Source of the DNA: the human T2T-CHM13v2.0 reference genome, Homo sapiens
Length of the DNA stretch: 64,000 nt
NCBI RefSeq assembly: GCF_009914755.1
Contig: NC_060926.1
Strand: one strand, 5' to 3'
A program made the translations under genes and the position numbers. Below the pieces are notes generated by a model. That model had not been told where the DNA came from. It made no database searches and worked only from the letters and a program-made list of their open reading frames with translations. Shown here one piece after another: positions 12,536 through 27,945 of this stretch. How positions within the stretch are numbered: position 1 is the first letter of the stretch; the number at the start of each line of letters is the position of its first letter.

Positions 12536-15500
12536 TGCTAATCCTACATATTTATCATACTCCCTACCTCTCAGGAGGGACCCATCACCCATGGAAGTGA
12601 CCTAGACATGTCAGGTTTCAATCCCAGTGTTCTAGGGACTCAATCTTGAAAACATAATTGGTTAGGCCTCTTCTTCTATCTCTATCTCTTTCTTTTTATT
12701 CCACCAATGTTGTAAGGATGAACAGGGTGGCCAAAAGATCCTCCCCTCTCCTTGCGTCCACTCCAAGCACTGGTAAAAAACAAGGTCTATCTTGCTGATT
12801 TGAAGAGAAAATGATTCACTTCATTTTCTCCAGTGCCAGAAACTGTGGCAGAATCTCCTGTCCTCATTATGCATGGTGAGTTTCACAGTGGAGGAGGTAA
12901 TAAGGGAAGTTCTGGTGACATTTTAATTAAGAGACCTAGAAATGCCTAAATCCTACTGTGATATCACTGCTCCCACCTTCCCATCTTCTCAAAGAGCAGT
13001 TATGCACAGAGGAAAACAGCCACAGTAAAGAAACCTTTTATATGTGGCTATGATATGGCTCTTCAACTTAATGTACAACTTTTGCACTAGAGGGACACAA
13101 GAATAGCTTCATTTTGCTATGCTAAAGAGGCTGAATGTCTTAGACCAAAGCTGGCCATGTTTCCCTGGGATCGGGTGGAGGTTCAGAGGACTTCCTTTCT
13201 TTGAAGGCATCACTACCAACTTCCCTGTCTGAAGCCCTCCTTAGTAAATTGTCCTGAGGCACAGTAACAATACCACCATAGCAAACAGACTCAATTACAG
13301 GCTGGGCAGTATTTAGCTGTACTCAAATTGCCTCAGCCTATGGCCTTGTCATTTCCATCATTATGGCCCCAAGACTTAGTTCTTATCTTCATCCTAAATC
13401 TTGATATTGCAGTACTATGCACTGGGTTCCCATGGTAGCCCGCAAGAAGTCTTTGTTGCCACATGTCCCTCCTGTAATCACTTAGATCCATGATCTCCCT
13501 CGGCTTTTGGCTGTCATCCCATGATGTTAAAGGCTTGTGTCCACCCCTCTCCTAGTATTTGGAGCCCAGTCCCCAAAAGTCTATCTAGTGATGAGATCCT
13601 TGTTCTCCAAAGCAGACGCCCTGAACATTGACTTGCAGCCCACAGGGCTCTCCACTTGCACACAGCCTCATGCCTCTACTTCTATGCTGCTGTTAGGGCC
13701 AGCTTGGAGCTCCAGGGCCAGCCATTGCCTCAAACAGGACCGTTTGGAATTGTACTAACACATTGGGCCTCTCCCACCTGGCTGAATCGCTGCCTCCATC
13801 GCAGACCACCATCCACCCCATCCTGTTCTGCTGGATGAGAGTTCCTGACTCCTCCCTTCTGTTCCATGTTGACATAAAACCATCATGCCTAAAATCTAAA
13901 TTAATGGCACAAAAACCCACACTGTTCTTCCCTCCATGGGACTCTCTTCCCTTCCCAGATTCCTTAAACCTCACGCCTTCTCTTCTAATCAAGGTGTTTC
14001 TTCAAGAAAAGAACACGGGAGATGTGTCACTTCAACGTGGCAGTAAACTAACAGGGCTTCATCGTAAACCAGGTATTTGGAGCCCAGTCTACTGTGGATT
14101 CTCCACAGTGAAGGGTGAGCTCTCCTGGTTACAGGAGCATGGAACATTCAGAACATATGTGGGGGATGTTTGGGGACATAAGGGTTTCCATGTGTCCCTA
14201 ACTCACCTTCAAGTAAGATGGAGACAGGCTTACAGGGATGCTACGCTGAGATTATTTTTCCCTGAAGAAGCCCCTCAGCTTTCCGTCTTCCTCAACCTGT
14301 CTTCTGTGTTGTGCAGAGGTAACCAGATCCTCGTCAGAGTGTCCAGAAGCTCCCTGCACACACAATGCAGAGTGTGAAGCCAGAGCCAGCCAGGCAGGGC
14401 ACATTACAGTCTCCAACCTTGTAGAGACTCACGATTCCTTCTTAATCTCAGCATTCACAAACCCATAAATGAGAGCAATGGTACTTGCATTATCTGTTGA
14501 GAGAAAAACATATTGGCAAAAGTTACGAGATGCATATAAAAGTTCTATATAAAATGTTGAATTTGTTAATCATAACAAGCTATACACATATAGAAATAAA
14601 TAGCTGTATGCGTGGGCAAGAAAAGCTGTCAGCCCAATCCATAAGTCACGTACAGTGTACACATGAGGGGTCCATATGCCTGGCTCTTACTCCACAGCCC
14701 TGAAAGTTTCTTGTTCTGAAGGTATGTGCCACTGGGTCTGTGTTATTAGATTGTGCATAATTTCCCACTAATAGTAGGAGACTTCCTGGTCTGTCCCAAG
14801 ATGTTTGGCATCACAAGCACAACCTGAGCCCCATTTACCAGTTACAGACAGGAAGTTTGGGGCATGGGGAGGGATTCATTCCTCCCAGTCTTGGATCCAT
14901 GTCCCTGCTAACAACAGTGGAGGGGCGGGGGTAGATGAAAAGTCTTCAGTGAAGAAGAGATCGCTTCTCTTCTCAGAGCAAAGCCAAGGAACAGTAGGCT
15001 CTGTGCTTAGTTCATTGACATATCTTCAACATTTATTTGGTCTGAATTACTAGGAAATACTGACCCTCATCCAGAAAGTGATAACCAAATTGGTAACCTT
15101 TCAAATGAGCAGCATTTTCTCTTCCTTTGGCCACTCAGTGACCTATTCTATTAAATGGAGATTAGCAATTTCTTCTCTCAAAGATGTAGTACCAAAACTA
15201 CATGGAGAAGATAGAAACATATTTTCACACTTCTCCTTTATCCATAAGGGAAAAAGAAGTTATCCCTAAAAGTCATTTCTTTTCCCTTGGTGAGGCAGCC
15301 GCTGGTATTTCTATTATCCCTTGTTGGTGTTTGGATCAACTGTCCTCTACATCAATTTATGCTCTTAGTAAGTCTTCAATGAATCATCAGAATCAAGGCT
15401 TGTCTAAGGCAACATATTTCAAAGATAGAAAAAGTTTCCAAAGATTTATACATCTACTTCTGAGAAAGAAATATAAATTAAGCCTTCAATTTCCTTCCTG

Positions 15501-15963
15501 AAGCTCATGAATAAAATCTACTTTCTGGGTAAGTTCTATGAATAAGACTTCCTCAGGGCCTAAATATACTGTTGTTTATTAATTTCATTTTCCTGCCAAG
15601 AAAGTATTTTTTCCAAAGAGGCAGTGAGTCTAATTATTGCCAAGAATGATCACAACCCAAGTTTAGAAATTACGGAGTTGAACAATATGCACCTTAATTC
15701 TCTACTTTCTTGAAATAAATGCATTCTGCATTCTTTTGGTGCTTATTGAGAATCAGTTGTGTGTCAGGTCTTGTTAGCAATGAAAATAGGAAGGTGAAAA
15801 AGACACAGTCCCTTTAAGTTCTGGGAAAGCACAGTGTGCAAGGGAAGCACTGGAGAAGTAACTGGTCCAATCTTGGGGAGACGGAAGAAAGCTTCCATCA
15901 CTGAGGGCAAGGGACACCTCAATGAGACTTAAGGAAGAGTAGAAGTCATGGGACAATCTAGAC

Positions 15964-16245
15964 CAGTGCTCCTCAAAGCAAGTACCATGCATGGGTGTCA
16001 ATTCATAAACTGCCTGTTATCGTAACAAGATAAGTATAAAATTGAGAGTAGGCATTAAGAAGCTTTTAGAGCAATTGGACAAATATCCAAATGTGATCAG
16101 CAGACTTCTATTTTATGTTTTTATATTTGTTTGTTTCTAATAACTATTTTCAATTGTATTTTATAAAAAGATGTAGTCTACAATGGATTGGGAATTTAGA
16201 AAAAGAAAAACTGGCACTTTCTCATCCAGGATTTGAGAAGCAGTG
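15964..16245. mobile_element. hAT-Charlie non-autonomous DNA transposon
   Basis: TIRs cagtgctcctcaaa / tttgagaagcagtg; left flank atctagac matches the NTCTAGAN target preference; right flank atcttgtg is a partial TSD. Confidence 0.7.
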
Positions 16246-16427
16246 ATCTTGTGTGTGGCTAGGGAGGGCTGGGAAGAGGGCACAGAGCAACAGATTCTAA
16301 AGCTTGCCTCTGAGGCTGGAAAGACAGGCATGTTCTGGGAACTGCAGTTCCTCCCAAAGCATCATCTCCTAAAATACATTCTCTCCTTCCTACAGCTCAC
16401 AAGCAATCCTTTCTCTGATCATGGTAA

Positions 16428-16615
16428 TTCTTAACATTGTACATGCCCTCTATGTGTCTGGCACTCCATTAAGCACTTTATCTGTGTGATCTAATTGTTA
16501 TAACCAGATGACAAGGTAAATGCTCTTATTTTTCTTATTTTGTAAATGAGAGAAGTAAGATTTGGCAAGGTAAAACAACTTACCTAGGTTACATCCAGAA
16601 TCCCAACCCAAGAAT
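16428..16615 (-). mobile_element. MIR SINE
   Basis: tatgtgtctggcactccattaagcacttta...ttattttgtaaatgagagaagtaag...acttacctaggttaca. Confidence 0.7.
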
Positions 16616-17835
16616 CTCTGTCTCTATTTATTCATCTAGTCTATTTCCTAGAAGTTGTTATACATTAACTTCATAAAATCTTTGTATTTGGGAAACTCCA
16701 TCCCTTCATTAAGAAGTTGGAGAAAAGCTTCCAATTCTTCTCATCTTCTTAGCTATCCCCAGAGTTATCTCTCCTTCAAACAACACAACTTTAAAAAGAA
16801 AAATATCTATAACCCTAGTGTTGTTTCTTTTCCCTGCAGATGATCCAAGCTTTCACCTGTTTACCTTTGAGATCTGCTGTGAAACATAATCATGGCTTGA
16901 GCTACCAAAAAGCACATATGTCAGTTTGATTTCTGATCCATTTGTTCCAAGTACATTTGCTAGTATAACTTGCAGTCACTGGGGTTTTGAGAACTTTCAT
17001 GAGGATCCTTTTTTTCTTCTTCTTGCTCGTTTCAAACTAAATCAGAGATGATGATGACTGCAATAAACTCCACTGAGATGATTAGTGCTCCCTGAAATGT
17101 GGCTCTCTCTGGCAGGGCTGCACTGATTGTTCATCACCCAGCTGGTTTCCTTTATACTTTATACCACCTGCCACAGTGGTACTCCTGGTCTCAGGGAGGT
17201 TGCCAGCTGACAGGGTAAACAAACAGCCAAACACCCTGATTGCAAAACTTTCTAAAATGCAAACATCTCTCCCAAGTGCCAAGACAGAAAGCTTTTTAAG
17301 TTTAATTAAGTTTTTCCAAATGTATTCCAGTCATCAGAGAAGTACAACTCCCCATGAATTTTGCCTGTGGTGATAAAAAGGTTTGAGTGTATTCCATGAG
17401 GTGACGACCATATGGGCAGCTTCTCTGAAAGAGATAATGAACAGAGCTATATTTCAGAGAATTTCAAGGAGTTTTTCAGCAGGAAAAGGTATTAAAGGTT
17501 ATCTCAGATAATCTGAACTATTTTATAAAAATCAAATTTTAAAGGAAATCATCTCGTCTCCCTTCTTACACATATTATGATAACAGCACATTCAACCTGG
17601 GACCCATAATTTTATCCCAATTCTTTACTTTCTGGATTAAATTGCTGGGGAGGGGGAGGAAAATTGGCATTCGGAGCATGCAACGTTCTGACCAACTGCT
17701 GAATCTGAAGGGAATCACAAGCTTCATTTAATAAGATGTTTTTTCCTCCAATTCAATTTTGACCTTCACCTTGCTCCTTTCACTTTCAAGTCCACATACC
17801 ACACTCACTGCTTTAGTCATCACATAGTATCTCTT

Positions 17836-17951
17836 CAGAGGGGGAGCTCACTATGTTGCCCAGGCTACTCTTGAACTCCTGGGCTCAAGTGATCCTCCCT
17901 CCTCAGCCTCCCACATAGCTGGAACTATAAGTGTGTGCCACCACACCCTGC
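17836..17951 (-). mobile_element. Free left Alu monomer (FLAM_C-like)
   Basis: ctcactatgttgcccaggct...gaactcctgggctcaagtgatcctccc...gccaccacaccctgc. Confidence 0.85.
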
Positions 17952-18847
17952 TTCTTTGATGCATTTCAAAAATCTTATTTCAAAAGGTGTTTAAATCTAG
18001 GATGTCACTGACTACATAACTAAAGTAAAAAGTTGACTAATTTAAATAAATTAGCATTATTTTGCCTTCATTCCCAATTTTTGTCTTAATATTCTTCCTT
18101 TTTTTTGGCTTCAAAAATCTGGGATGGAAGGGTTGTTTAGTTGATTTGATCATTTGTTGATCAGAATAATTATCTCTTCATTTCTAAAATAATACAAACT
18201 CTTAACTTTAAAAGATGTTCTTTTAAAATAACTCACTGCAATATCCTCATTTTAAGCGGATCCAAAACATTTAGACAAGATGAGACTTACTGCATCCTCA
18301 TACTTTTTAGTTTTATTCTTAACCAACTCAAATATTATGCTTTCCTACATTTTCAATTCCTTTCTTTAAAAATAGCAGTTACCAATTAGAGGATTCAGAA
18401 AAATCAGTGAATGCAATAGGAAAAAATATTTACATTTGTGTATTTTCTATAATTCATTAATATTTGGAGATTTATGTGGTTTATAGCTATTGTATCTTGT
18501 GTTTGACTTCAGTGTGATGTCCTCTACCAGCTCATTCAATTACATTGTTTCATTTATTTTCAGGATAACCATATGAAAATATTTTTTAAATCCATACATA
18601 TGTTCCAGTTAATTTGATCTAAAATGCAAAACATTGACTTTTCACTTCATAATGCAGATTCTAGCAATATGTGTCTTCCATGAGCCCTCCTTTTCCAGTT
18701 GTTTTAAGGTGGAGTGGCTTTACCAAGGACAGAAGTGTCCACCTCCTTTGTCTCAAGCCCATTTTCAAATGTCTGAAAAATTACGTCCTTTCGCAATTCT
18801 CCACCAGCTTAAAGGGTTACGGAATGCTATAAGCAGAAAGGACATCC

Positions 18848-19039
18848 AGGGGTCTCAACTAATAACTAATGCACATTAGAACCACTTGGACATGAGGCAT
18901 TTTGTTAAAATGCCAATATCCAGGCCTCAACCCCAACCCAAATGAGTTAAAATTACTTAAGGGGAGAACCTAGGAATTAGTACTTTGTTTTGAAACTTTC
19001 CAGGTAGTTCTAATATGCAGCCAAGTATGAGAACAACAG
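18848..19039. mobile_element. MER5-family (hAT-Charlie) MITE
   Basis: tgcacattagaaccacttgg...ccaggtagttctaatatgcagccaagtatgagaacaacag. Confidence 0.7.
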
Positions 19040-19290
19040 CAGAAAGCACGTCAGCTTTGGAGTTGAAAACACCTGAGTTTGAAACCAGTGCCTTAACCCT
19101 GTGCTATAATTGAGGATTGTAAATTGATATAATTGAGGATTATAAATTAGTAAATTGATATAATTTACTAATTTTTCTGAACCTCAATTTTCTTATTGAT
19201 GAAATTGAAGTAATTATCTTATACAGTTAATGAAAGAATTACATAAAATGGCATATGTGGAGGAACCCAGCACAATATTAGGCAGAAAGT
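19040..19290 (+). mobile_element. MIR SINE with an internal rearranged patch
   Basis: ctttggagttgaaaacacctgagtttgaaacc...tctgaacctcaattttcttattgatgaaattg. Confidence 0.65.
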
Positions 19291-20731
19291 ACATTTCCAG
19301 TAACTAATAGATTTCCTCACGTGTCCTGTCTGACATTCACAAACTGCCATTTCGCTGAGAATGATGATGATATTAGAAGTATAATGTCCTACATCACACA
19401 ATCAAAGACATACCTATCTGCTTATGTTTTTCAAATAACAAGCTATGAGGTTTTCTAGAAAAGACAGTGGGCACATTTTGCACAGATTACATTCACCAAT
19501 GACAAGCTACTAGAAATCTTCCCCCAATATACAGCACAATTTGTTCAATGAAAAAAGGCTTATCTCGTGCCTAAGAGTCAATGCATAAGAACTTTTGAAG
19601 CTACATTTTTCAATAGCATATTGAAATTCAAGATTAAAAGTAATTTGGAAAAAATTCCAGAAATGTACATTATGTTCTCATTCTGTGAGAACGTGTCACA
19701 AAGCATGTGGGCTTAGCAACTACACTGAAGCTAAATAGAGCTTTTAGGCAAGAGTCAAATTATGAATTTATACTCTAGCCAATTACTCAAAAGCACTTCT
19801 GTGTCCGACTTGAGAGACCACGAGATGTTTTCATTGTCCATGATCTCATTTTTATTTTATTACTTGTTATTTACAACCTAAGCCACGAGGGCAAGTTAAA
19901 GGTCCCAGAAGAGGGAATAATTTCAGAAATTGGAAACACAAGGAAAAAGGTAATAAAATGCACTTGCTCTGACTCCATAATTTGGAAGTAGGTGATAACT
20001 GTATCTAGGAATGTCCAGCATCAATAAAAGTTCAATAATGTCATTGAGATCAGTGAAAATTGTTTTGCTTATTTAATAAGACACGGTGATTTCAAGGCCA
20101 TGGTCTGTACATCTTGGATTTATGTGCTTCCTTAACTAGCGCAGTTGCTGATGTTGAAGTTGCATTCCTTAAAGTTTAACTCTGACTTTATATGAACGCA
20201 GGCTGGGCCTTTGCCTCACCTATTCTAAATATGTGATCGTTTGGTGCTGGTGGGAATTCAGATCACTTAGATGGTTACATAGTAGTGCAGGGAGGCAAAG
20301 AGGCTGGAGGAAAAGCAAGGGAGCTATTCGTAGCCAGTGCCTCCTACTCCACTGAATGCTGCCCAATGGAATTAATAGAGACTGCTTCTGGTTTGATGCA
20401 CTGCTGCCTATCCTAAACTAGAACCATAACTTAATTGATATTAGTCATACATTATATCTGATTACCTCTAGAAGAAATTGTCATAAGTGCACATTAGTGA
20501 GGAGTAAGGAAGGCTTTTGCTAATAACACTACATTTCAGACTGAGTTAACAATTAATCATCTACCCCTGACTTTTACTAAAGGGTAAGTCATCTATTTCA
20601 TATGGAACAACAAAGACACTATGCATAATTTCTTAAGAAAGGAAGCCCAAAAATGTTATATGTCAGATTTTGAAGCATTTGCTTTCAACCTCAAGTTTCA
20701 TTTATCTCACATGCTTAAATTACTCCTAACG

Positions 20732-20920
20732 CAGTGATTGTCAAAGTGTGGTCTCCTGACCAGCAGTAACAGCATCACCTGTGAACTTGTTACAAGTGCA
20801 AATTCTCAGGCCCCATTCCAGAATGAATGAACCAGGAACTCTGGTGGCAGTGCTGTAAATTTGAGTTTTAACAATCTCTCCAGGTAATTATATGTACACT
20901 AACATGTGAGGTCCACCACT
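20732..20920. mobile_element. MER5A DNA transposon
   Basis: cagtgattgtcaaagtgtggtc...accagcagtaacagcatcacctgtgaacttgttacaagtgcaaattctcaggcccc. Confidence 0.85.
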
Positions 20921-21203
20921 TTAGTGAAGTTGACATGTAAAGATACGCATTAATTGTCAGATACTACAGAATAATCTCAGGAAGCTGCATTTACAGACAC
21001 CATTAGTTATGTCATGCTTCTTTCAATATTATCTGGTGTCCTACTCTGAAGAGAGAAGGACTGACCCAGGATTTATTCAAAATTCATATTTAAGCACTTG
21101 TTAATTGCTAGGTATGAAAGAAGCAAGGGCAATTCAGATAAGTACTTGCACTTGGGAGGATTAGATGAGAAAAAAATTATAATAGGGCAATAAAATATCA
21201 CAC

Positions 21204-21269
21204 CACTACTGACACCTGTATACTTAAATGAACAATCACTACTGACACCTGTATACATAAATGAACAAT
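21204..21269. repeat. 33-bp tandem duplication (2 copies, 1 mismatch)
   Basis: cactactgacacctgtatac[t/a]taaatgaacaat x2. Confidence 0.95.
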
Positions 21270-22244
21270 TTAGAACCAGGAAACAAACCATGCCACTTTA
21301 GAAGAAACTCAAGTATTCACTTGGGGTGGCTGCACACAGAAGTCAAAGGGTTATTCAATATATGATATTCATGTTCATCTTCTATTCATTTAGGTGCAAT
21401 GAGAAGCACACTTGGCAGCAGAGGAGCAACCTAGGTTATTAGTGGCCATCCTATGTCCAGCAATAAGGCTACCTGGGATTGTATGTTAATTCTACCATGG
21501 GATTGTCATGACCTGCAGTCCCAAGCCTACTCCAACTCTAGGCCACTCCTGACCATCACAAAAAAATGTTATCATCAGGGGCAGCCTCCGCCGCAATACC
21601 TTAGAGACTGAAAACAGGTTCCACTGCTCCATCTGATGCCCCTGAACTACTGTCTGCTGTAGGAAAGTGCTGGTGACTCCATATTGCTTACCAGTAAGAA
21701 AATACTATTTTCCCCATCATCCCATCATTAATTATCTAAACTGAGCCTGGGTGAATGCCCCTTTGTATAGTGCAGCTGCCATTCAGTTCATCAGGCCAAG
21801 CCCTGTCCTATTTGGATTTGGCTTGCTTTCCTTCTCAGACTGCCCATAATGCTCTCATTTTAGAATGCCTTGTGCTCAATCCCATCTGTATCCAAATATA
21901 TCTCCCAAACAAGCCTTGACTGGCTATATGACATTTTCACATGACTAACTACTTTGTTTGGGATTACCAAAACTACCTGTCAACATGAAAATGTCATCAA
22001 AGAATATCACCCATTAAGCCACTTACTGCAACTAAAATATGAACTCAGGTAAAATTATTGGTGTAACAGGCCAGGCCTTACCTAGGGAGAATGGAACTTT
22101 CAACAGTATTTTCTCTGTAAGCATCTGGTCAACCTAGAAGCAGTCTCAGAAGACTATATTTTTAAAATTAGGGTTGGCACAAAGTCTAAAAGGTGACTAG
22201 AAAGAATCATCAGATGACAGATGTCCCATGTCTTCTAAGAGCTC

Positions 22245-22442
22245 AAAAGCACTGTGAGAAATCACAGACCTTGGGATTAAACCTGAGCTTTAATCTTAAT
22301 TTGCAGTGTGACCTTGGACAGTTTAACTGTTTGTACTTTATTTTCCTTATCTGTAAAAGTGAATATCAAAATGTCTACTTTGCAAGGTTTCTGTCCAAAT
22401 TAAATGAGAGAGAATATAAGGGTGTGTTTAACTGTGCCAGGA
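22245..22442 (+). mobile_element. MIR SINE
   Basis: cagaccttgggattaaacctgagc...tgtgaccttggacag...ttttccttatctgtaaaagtg. Confidence 0.7.
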
Positions 22443-23549
22443 ACAACTTTTTTAAAAAAAATCAACAAAAACAAAAGACGTTTTTTCAAGTAACACCTTT
22501 GCCACCTATCATTTTTCCATTTTCTGTAGTCTGTACCTGTAGAACCCCTAAGGCAGGTGATAAAATGGGTTAATTAGAAATCTAGGATAGCAAATAAAGG
22601 AAAGATAGAGTCAAGCCATTGAGAATCCTTGCAAGTCAACAGCATGAAAATAACTAACGGGTCATTTTAGGAATCACAGAGCCTCCCATTGAAAAGAACG
22701 CACAAGGGGTCATCTGGTCCAAATTTAGAAACTGGTGAGATTTTTCCTTCCCACATGCCCTGTCTCTGACCAGCAGTGTTACAAAATAGTCACACTGGGA
22801 CTGCCAGTGGCTTCTCTGCAGGAATAGATGCTTTAGCAGAGTTAACTTTAAAATAATGCAAGCAAAGAGGAAATGTGTATTACAAATGCCTTAGATGGAT
22901 TTGATCTATATACATAATATCTCCTTCCAGTGCCTTAGTTTTATGATTTGGCAGTGGAAGTCATTTTGACACGAGGTCTTTAATAACATTGGTGTTCATT
23001 CCTAGACTATTTGATACACCCAATTAATAGATTCTGCAGATGATCTGTCACCCTGTGAGACTTCTAAATGAATCAAACTCATTAAGTGCTCCTCTTTTAT
23101 GAATAGCGCAAGTCCCACTGCTGCGATGTAGAAATGCTATTAGTAGAGCTGGCCTCTGCTTCTTGTTTGAACACATCTTACAAATAAGTCAGCACTGAAA
23201 GGGATATGAATCATGATAACTGGGTCTGTCACATAAGGCTGGAACAAATGGCTCCGAGCCTTGTCTGAGGGGCAGTGATACACTGCATCAGTGGCTCTGG
23301 GTGAAATCCATATCTAAGGCAGAGATTCTGCTGGGAAAAGCCTGCCTGCAATTAAGTCTGCTGTCTCTAAACCACTTCTCAGTCAGAAATACCATTGCTA
23401 AAGCCTTCTTTCTAAGAAAAGAAAGCACAGAATCATTGATTATTAGATTAGGAAGGAACCAGAAGATCATTCCACCCAGTGGTTATCAGCCCTAACTATA
23501 AATTAGAATCACCTGGGATGTTTTAGAAAAAAGCAATATCCACTAAACA

Positions 23550-24765
23550 AGTGATACCGATCTCAAAGTATTAAAAGAATACAGAGATTGTTCTATAGCC
23601 ACAATTTAGTTATGTTAAAAAGAGCTATCAAGAAAGTCCCAAATGTTTAGAAATTAAGCAATAGAACTTAAATAGGCCATGGATCAGAGAACACATTTGA
23701 ACCAAACAATAGTGGCCACAGAATATATTCATATGTTGGAATGCAGCAAAAGGAACATTTAAAGATAAATTTATGACTTTAAATGGATAAATAGAAAAAA
23801 TTCATAAAATCAATTATTTGTTATTCAACCATAAGAAATTAGAAAAAGAGAAATGAATCCCAGAACAAGCAAAAGACAGGAAATACCAGAGATGAATGGA
23901 AATCAGTAAAATTGGATATGGACTAGCAATAGAGAAAATTAATGAAATCAAGAGTTATCTGTGTTGGCTCTTCAAGAAAATCAATAAAATGGATCAACCT
24001 CTAGAAAAACATAATAAGAAAAAGTGAGAAAGAAAACCAAATTACTAATATCAGGAATAAAGGAAGAGACAGCAAAGATCCCATAGATAGTAAAAGAAAA
24101 GCAAGCAAAATATGAACAATGTTATGCCAATAAATTTAAAAATTTAGATGAAGTGTATAAACTCCTTGAAAGACACAATTAACCGGAATTGACAGAAAAA
24201 ATAGAATGCTGTAACATCACTATCTGTCAAGGAAATTGAATGAGTAATTAACAACATTTTTATAAGGAAAACTCTAACCCAAGATATTTTTCTGGTAGAT
24301 TCTGTCAAATATTTAGGCAAAAATACTAGAAATTTTACACAAATTTTATAGAACATAGAGGAAGAGGTATCATTACCCAATGCATTTTCTGAGGCAATAA
24401 TGTAATATCAACACCAGACAAGACCACTATACAAAGAAAAAATTACAGATCAATATCCTTCAAAAGAGATACCAAAATCCTGAACAAAATATTGGTAAAT
24501 CAAATCCATCAAAATATAATTGTAATAATGTACCATGACCAAGTTTGCCATATAAACAGAACAGATGGAAAAAATCTTATGATCTTCTCAGATTATACAG
24601 ACACAGGAAAGCATTTGACAGCATTCAATACCCTTTCATAATACAAATGTTTAGCAAATTAGAAAACAGAAGAAAATTATCCAATCAGATAAAGAGCATC
24701 TTCAAAATACTTCCAAATAATGTCATATTTAATGACAAATATTCAATGCTTTCCCATTAAATTTT
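23550..24765 (+). mobile_element. Old L1M ORF2 fragment
   Basis: Degraded ORF2 (aaaatcaataaaatggatcaacctctag, aatttagatgaagtg, aaagcatttgacagcattcaatacc); preceded by a MER5-like stub at about 23476-23540. Confidence 0.75.
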
Positions 24766-24842
24766 GAAATCCACATAGATTTTAATTAGACAAGTAGGAA
24801 ATGACTTCTGTGAGAAGCCTAAAGGACTATCTAAAATATTTA

Positions 24843-26157
<1,315 letters not shown>

Positions 26158-27090
26158 TAAAATATTTAAAGTATCTCATAGAGAGAGTAGGCATTCCACC
26201 TGCAGCCAAACTAGTTGCCTCCACCTCTTAGAGACAATACCCATTCAGGTACAGAGTGAAAGATGGGGCCACCACAACATCAATATTTTCAGCACACTTC
26301 GTGTAGGGCAAAGTCATGTAACTACATGTCCCATGGTCCTTCATATATGTTGCAAAAGGTCAGTGCCCAGGACAACAGTCCCACATCCACGAAAGTGTGT
26401 GAAGGAACTGGCTGTGAATTAAAGAGAATATGGTGATCCTGAGAGTAAAACACCATAAAAAACCACTCAGGCCTGGAGTCCAGCCTGAGGTTAGTCCAGA
26501 GGGAACACCAGCTTTCTAGATCCAGAGGGATCAGAGCAGAGGACGAGGAGCAGCACCTATAGGCACTCCCAAGCCTCTCTGCATGAGGCTAGGGACTGGT
26601 CCTTTAATGGCAGCCCAGACTTGAGGGGTGAGGTCCAGCCATGAATCTTCCCCAAAAAGGCAAATCTTTGGGAGGCTGTGTTCCATCCTAGGGAGGCTGA
26701 GTCCAACTCTCAGCCTCTCCTCTGCCTTTGGACTGCCCTGAAATGGTAGAAAATGAAACTTTCCAGGAAGCAGCTGGATGGGAACAGGCAGGAAAAGACA
26801 GGCTGCGTCTCCCGTAGTGTCTCCCTGCCCTTTGGGACATAGCAGGTGGCAGAGACTTCAGAAAGAAGCCCAGCTGGTCCGCAGCTTCTCAGAGTTCCCT
26901 GGGATGCAATGGAAGCCTCAGGATAGAGGAAGAACCTATGTGATCACCCAAGCCTCTCCTCTCAAGAGAATGCCAAGGGCAGGCACATGAAGGAATGGGC
27001 AAGTTCTAGATTTATGCTGGCCAGAATTTCAGATGCATTTATTTATTTTAAGCCATCAAAATATCCTTTTCTGGGGCAACAGATGAGGAA

Positions 27091-27097
27091 ACACACA

Positions 27098-27152
<55 letters not shown>
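27091..27152. repeat. Compound (AC)n(AG)n microsatellite
   Basis: About 12 AC units followed by about 19 AG units. Confidence 0.97.
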
Positions 27153-27154
<2 letters not shown>

Positions 27155-27659
27155 AGGCTTTACTAATCATGTTTGAGGGTCTGCCCTAAGCGGACATACC
27201 ATGCAGCTTAACCTATAACTAGACTTACTCTAACTTCGTGGAAGGGCATCCAAATCCCTTAAGCTCCGGATACCTGGAAACCCCTGCAGACTTGCAGCAG
27301 ATCCCAGCCACACTTTTAAGCTGAAACCCCTGTCTCCTAAATCCCCATGGTACCTTGTGTAGCCTTCAAGGGGGGTTATAGAGTAGCATGGGAAAGGAAG
27401 ACTCTTGCAGGTCTGAGCAAGAGTGCAAGCGCTCTGAAGCATCCCCTCCCTCCCCGACCTCCTTGCTGAAAACTGTTCAGGACAGACTGTGGTATGAGTG
27501 GAATATTTGGGGTGGGGGTCTCTGGGGAAGTAATAATTAGAGAAACACCACTGTCAAGTGAGTGAGAGATTGTCTGGGGAGGTGAAAAAGAGACTGTTTT
27601 TGGCAAAGTAAAATTGCCAAAAAGGAGCCAAAGTCAACCACAGAGACTGGGATTGGGGC

Positions 27660-27945
27660 CATGTCAAAGGATACAAAACTTCAGTTAGACAGGAGGAATA
27701 AATTCAGGAGATCTATTGTACAGTGCAGTGATTATAGTTGATAACAATGTGCTTGTTGAGTAGTTGAAACTTCCTAAGCGAGTATATTTTACATGTTCTC
27801 ACTACAAAAATAAGAGTGTGTGAGATAACAGATATCTTAATTAGTTTGATTTAGTCATTCCACAATGTGCACATATATCAAACATCATGTTGTACACCAT
27901 GAATAAATACAAATTTTGTCAACTTAAAAAATTAAGACAAATAAA
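27660..27945 (+). mobile_element. L1MA-type 3' end fragment
   Basis: gtcaaaggatacaaaacttcagttagacaggaggaataaattcaggagatctattgtacag...catcatgttgtacaccatgaata. Confidence 0.85.

Noticed and set aside
13763-14377. Longest ORF in the window (204 aa)
   Set aside because: Non-ATG (TTG) start, Leu/Ser/Pro-rich composition typical of non-coding DNA, and no recognisable domain or exon structure
26235-26620. Possible ancient LTR remnant
   Set aside because: Resemblance too weak to assign termini, family or TSD by eye
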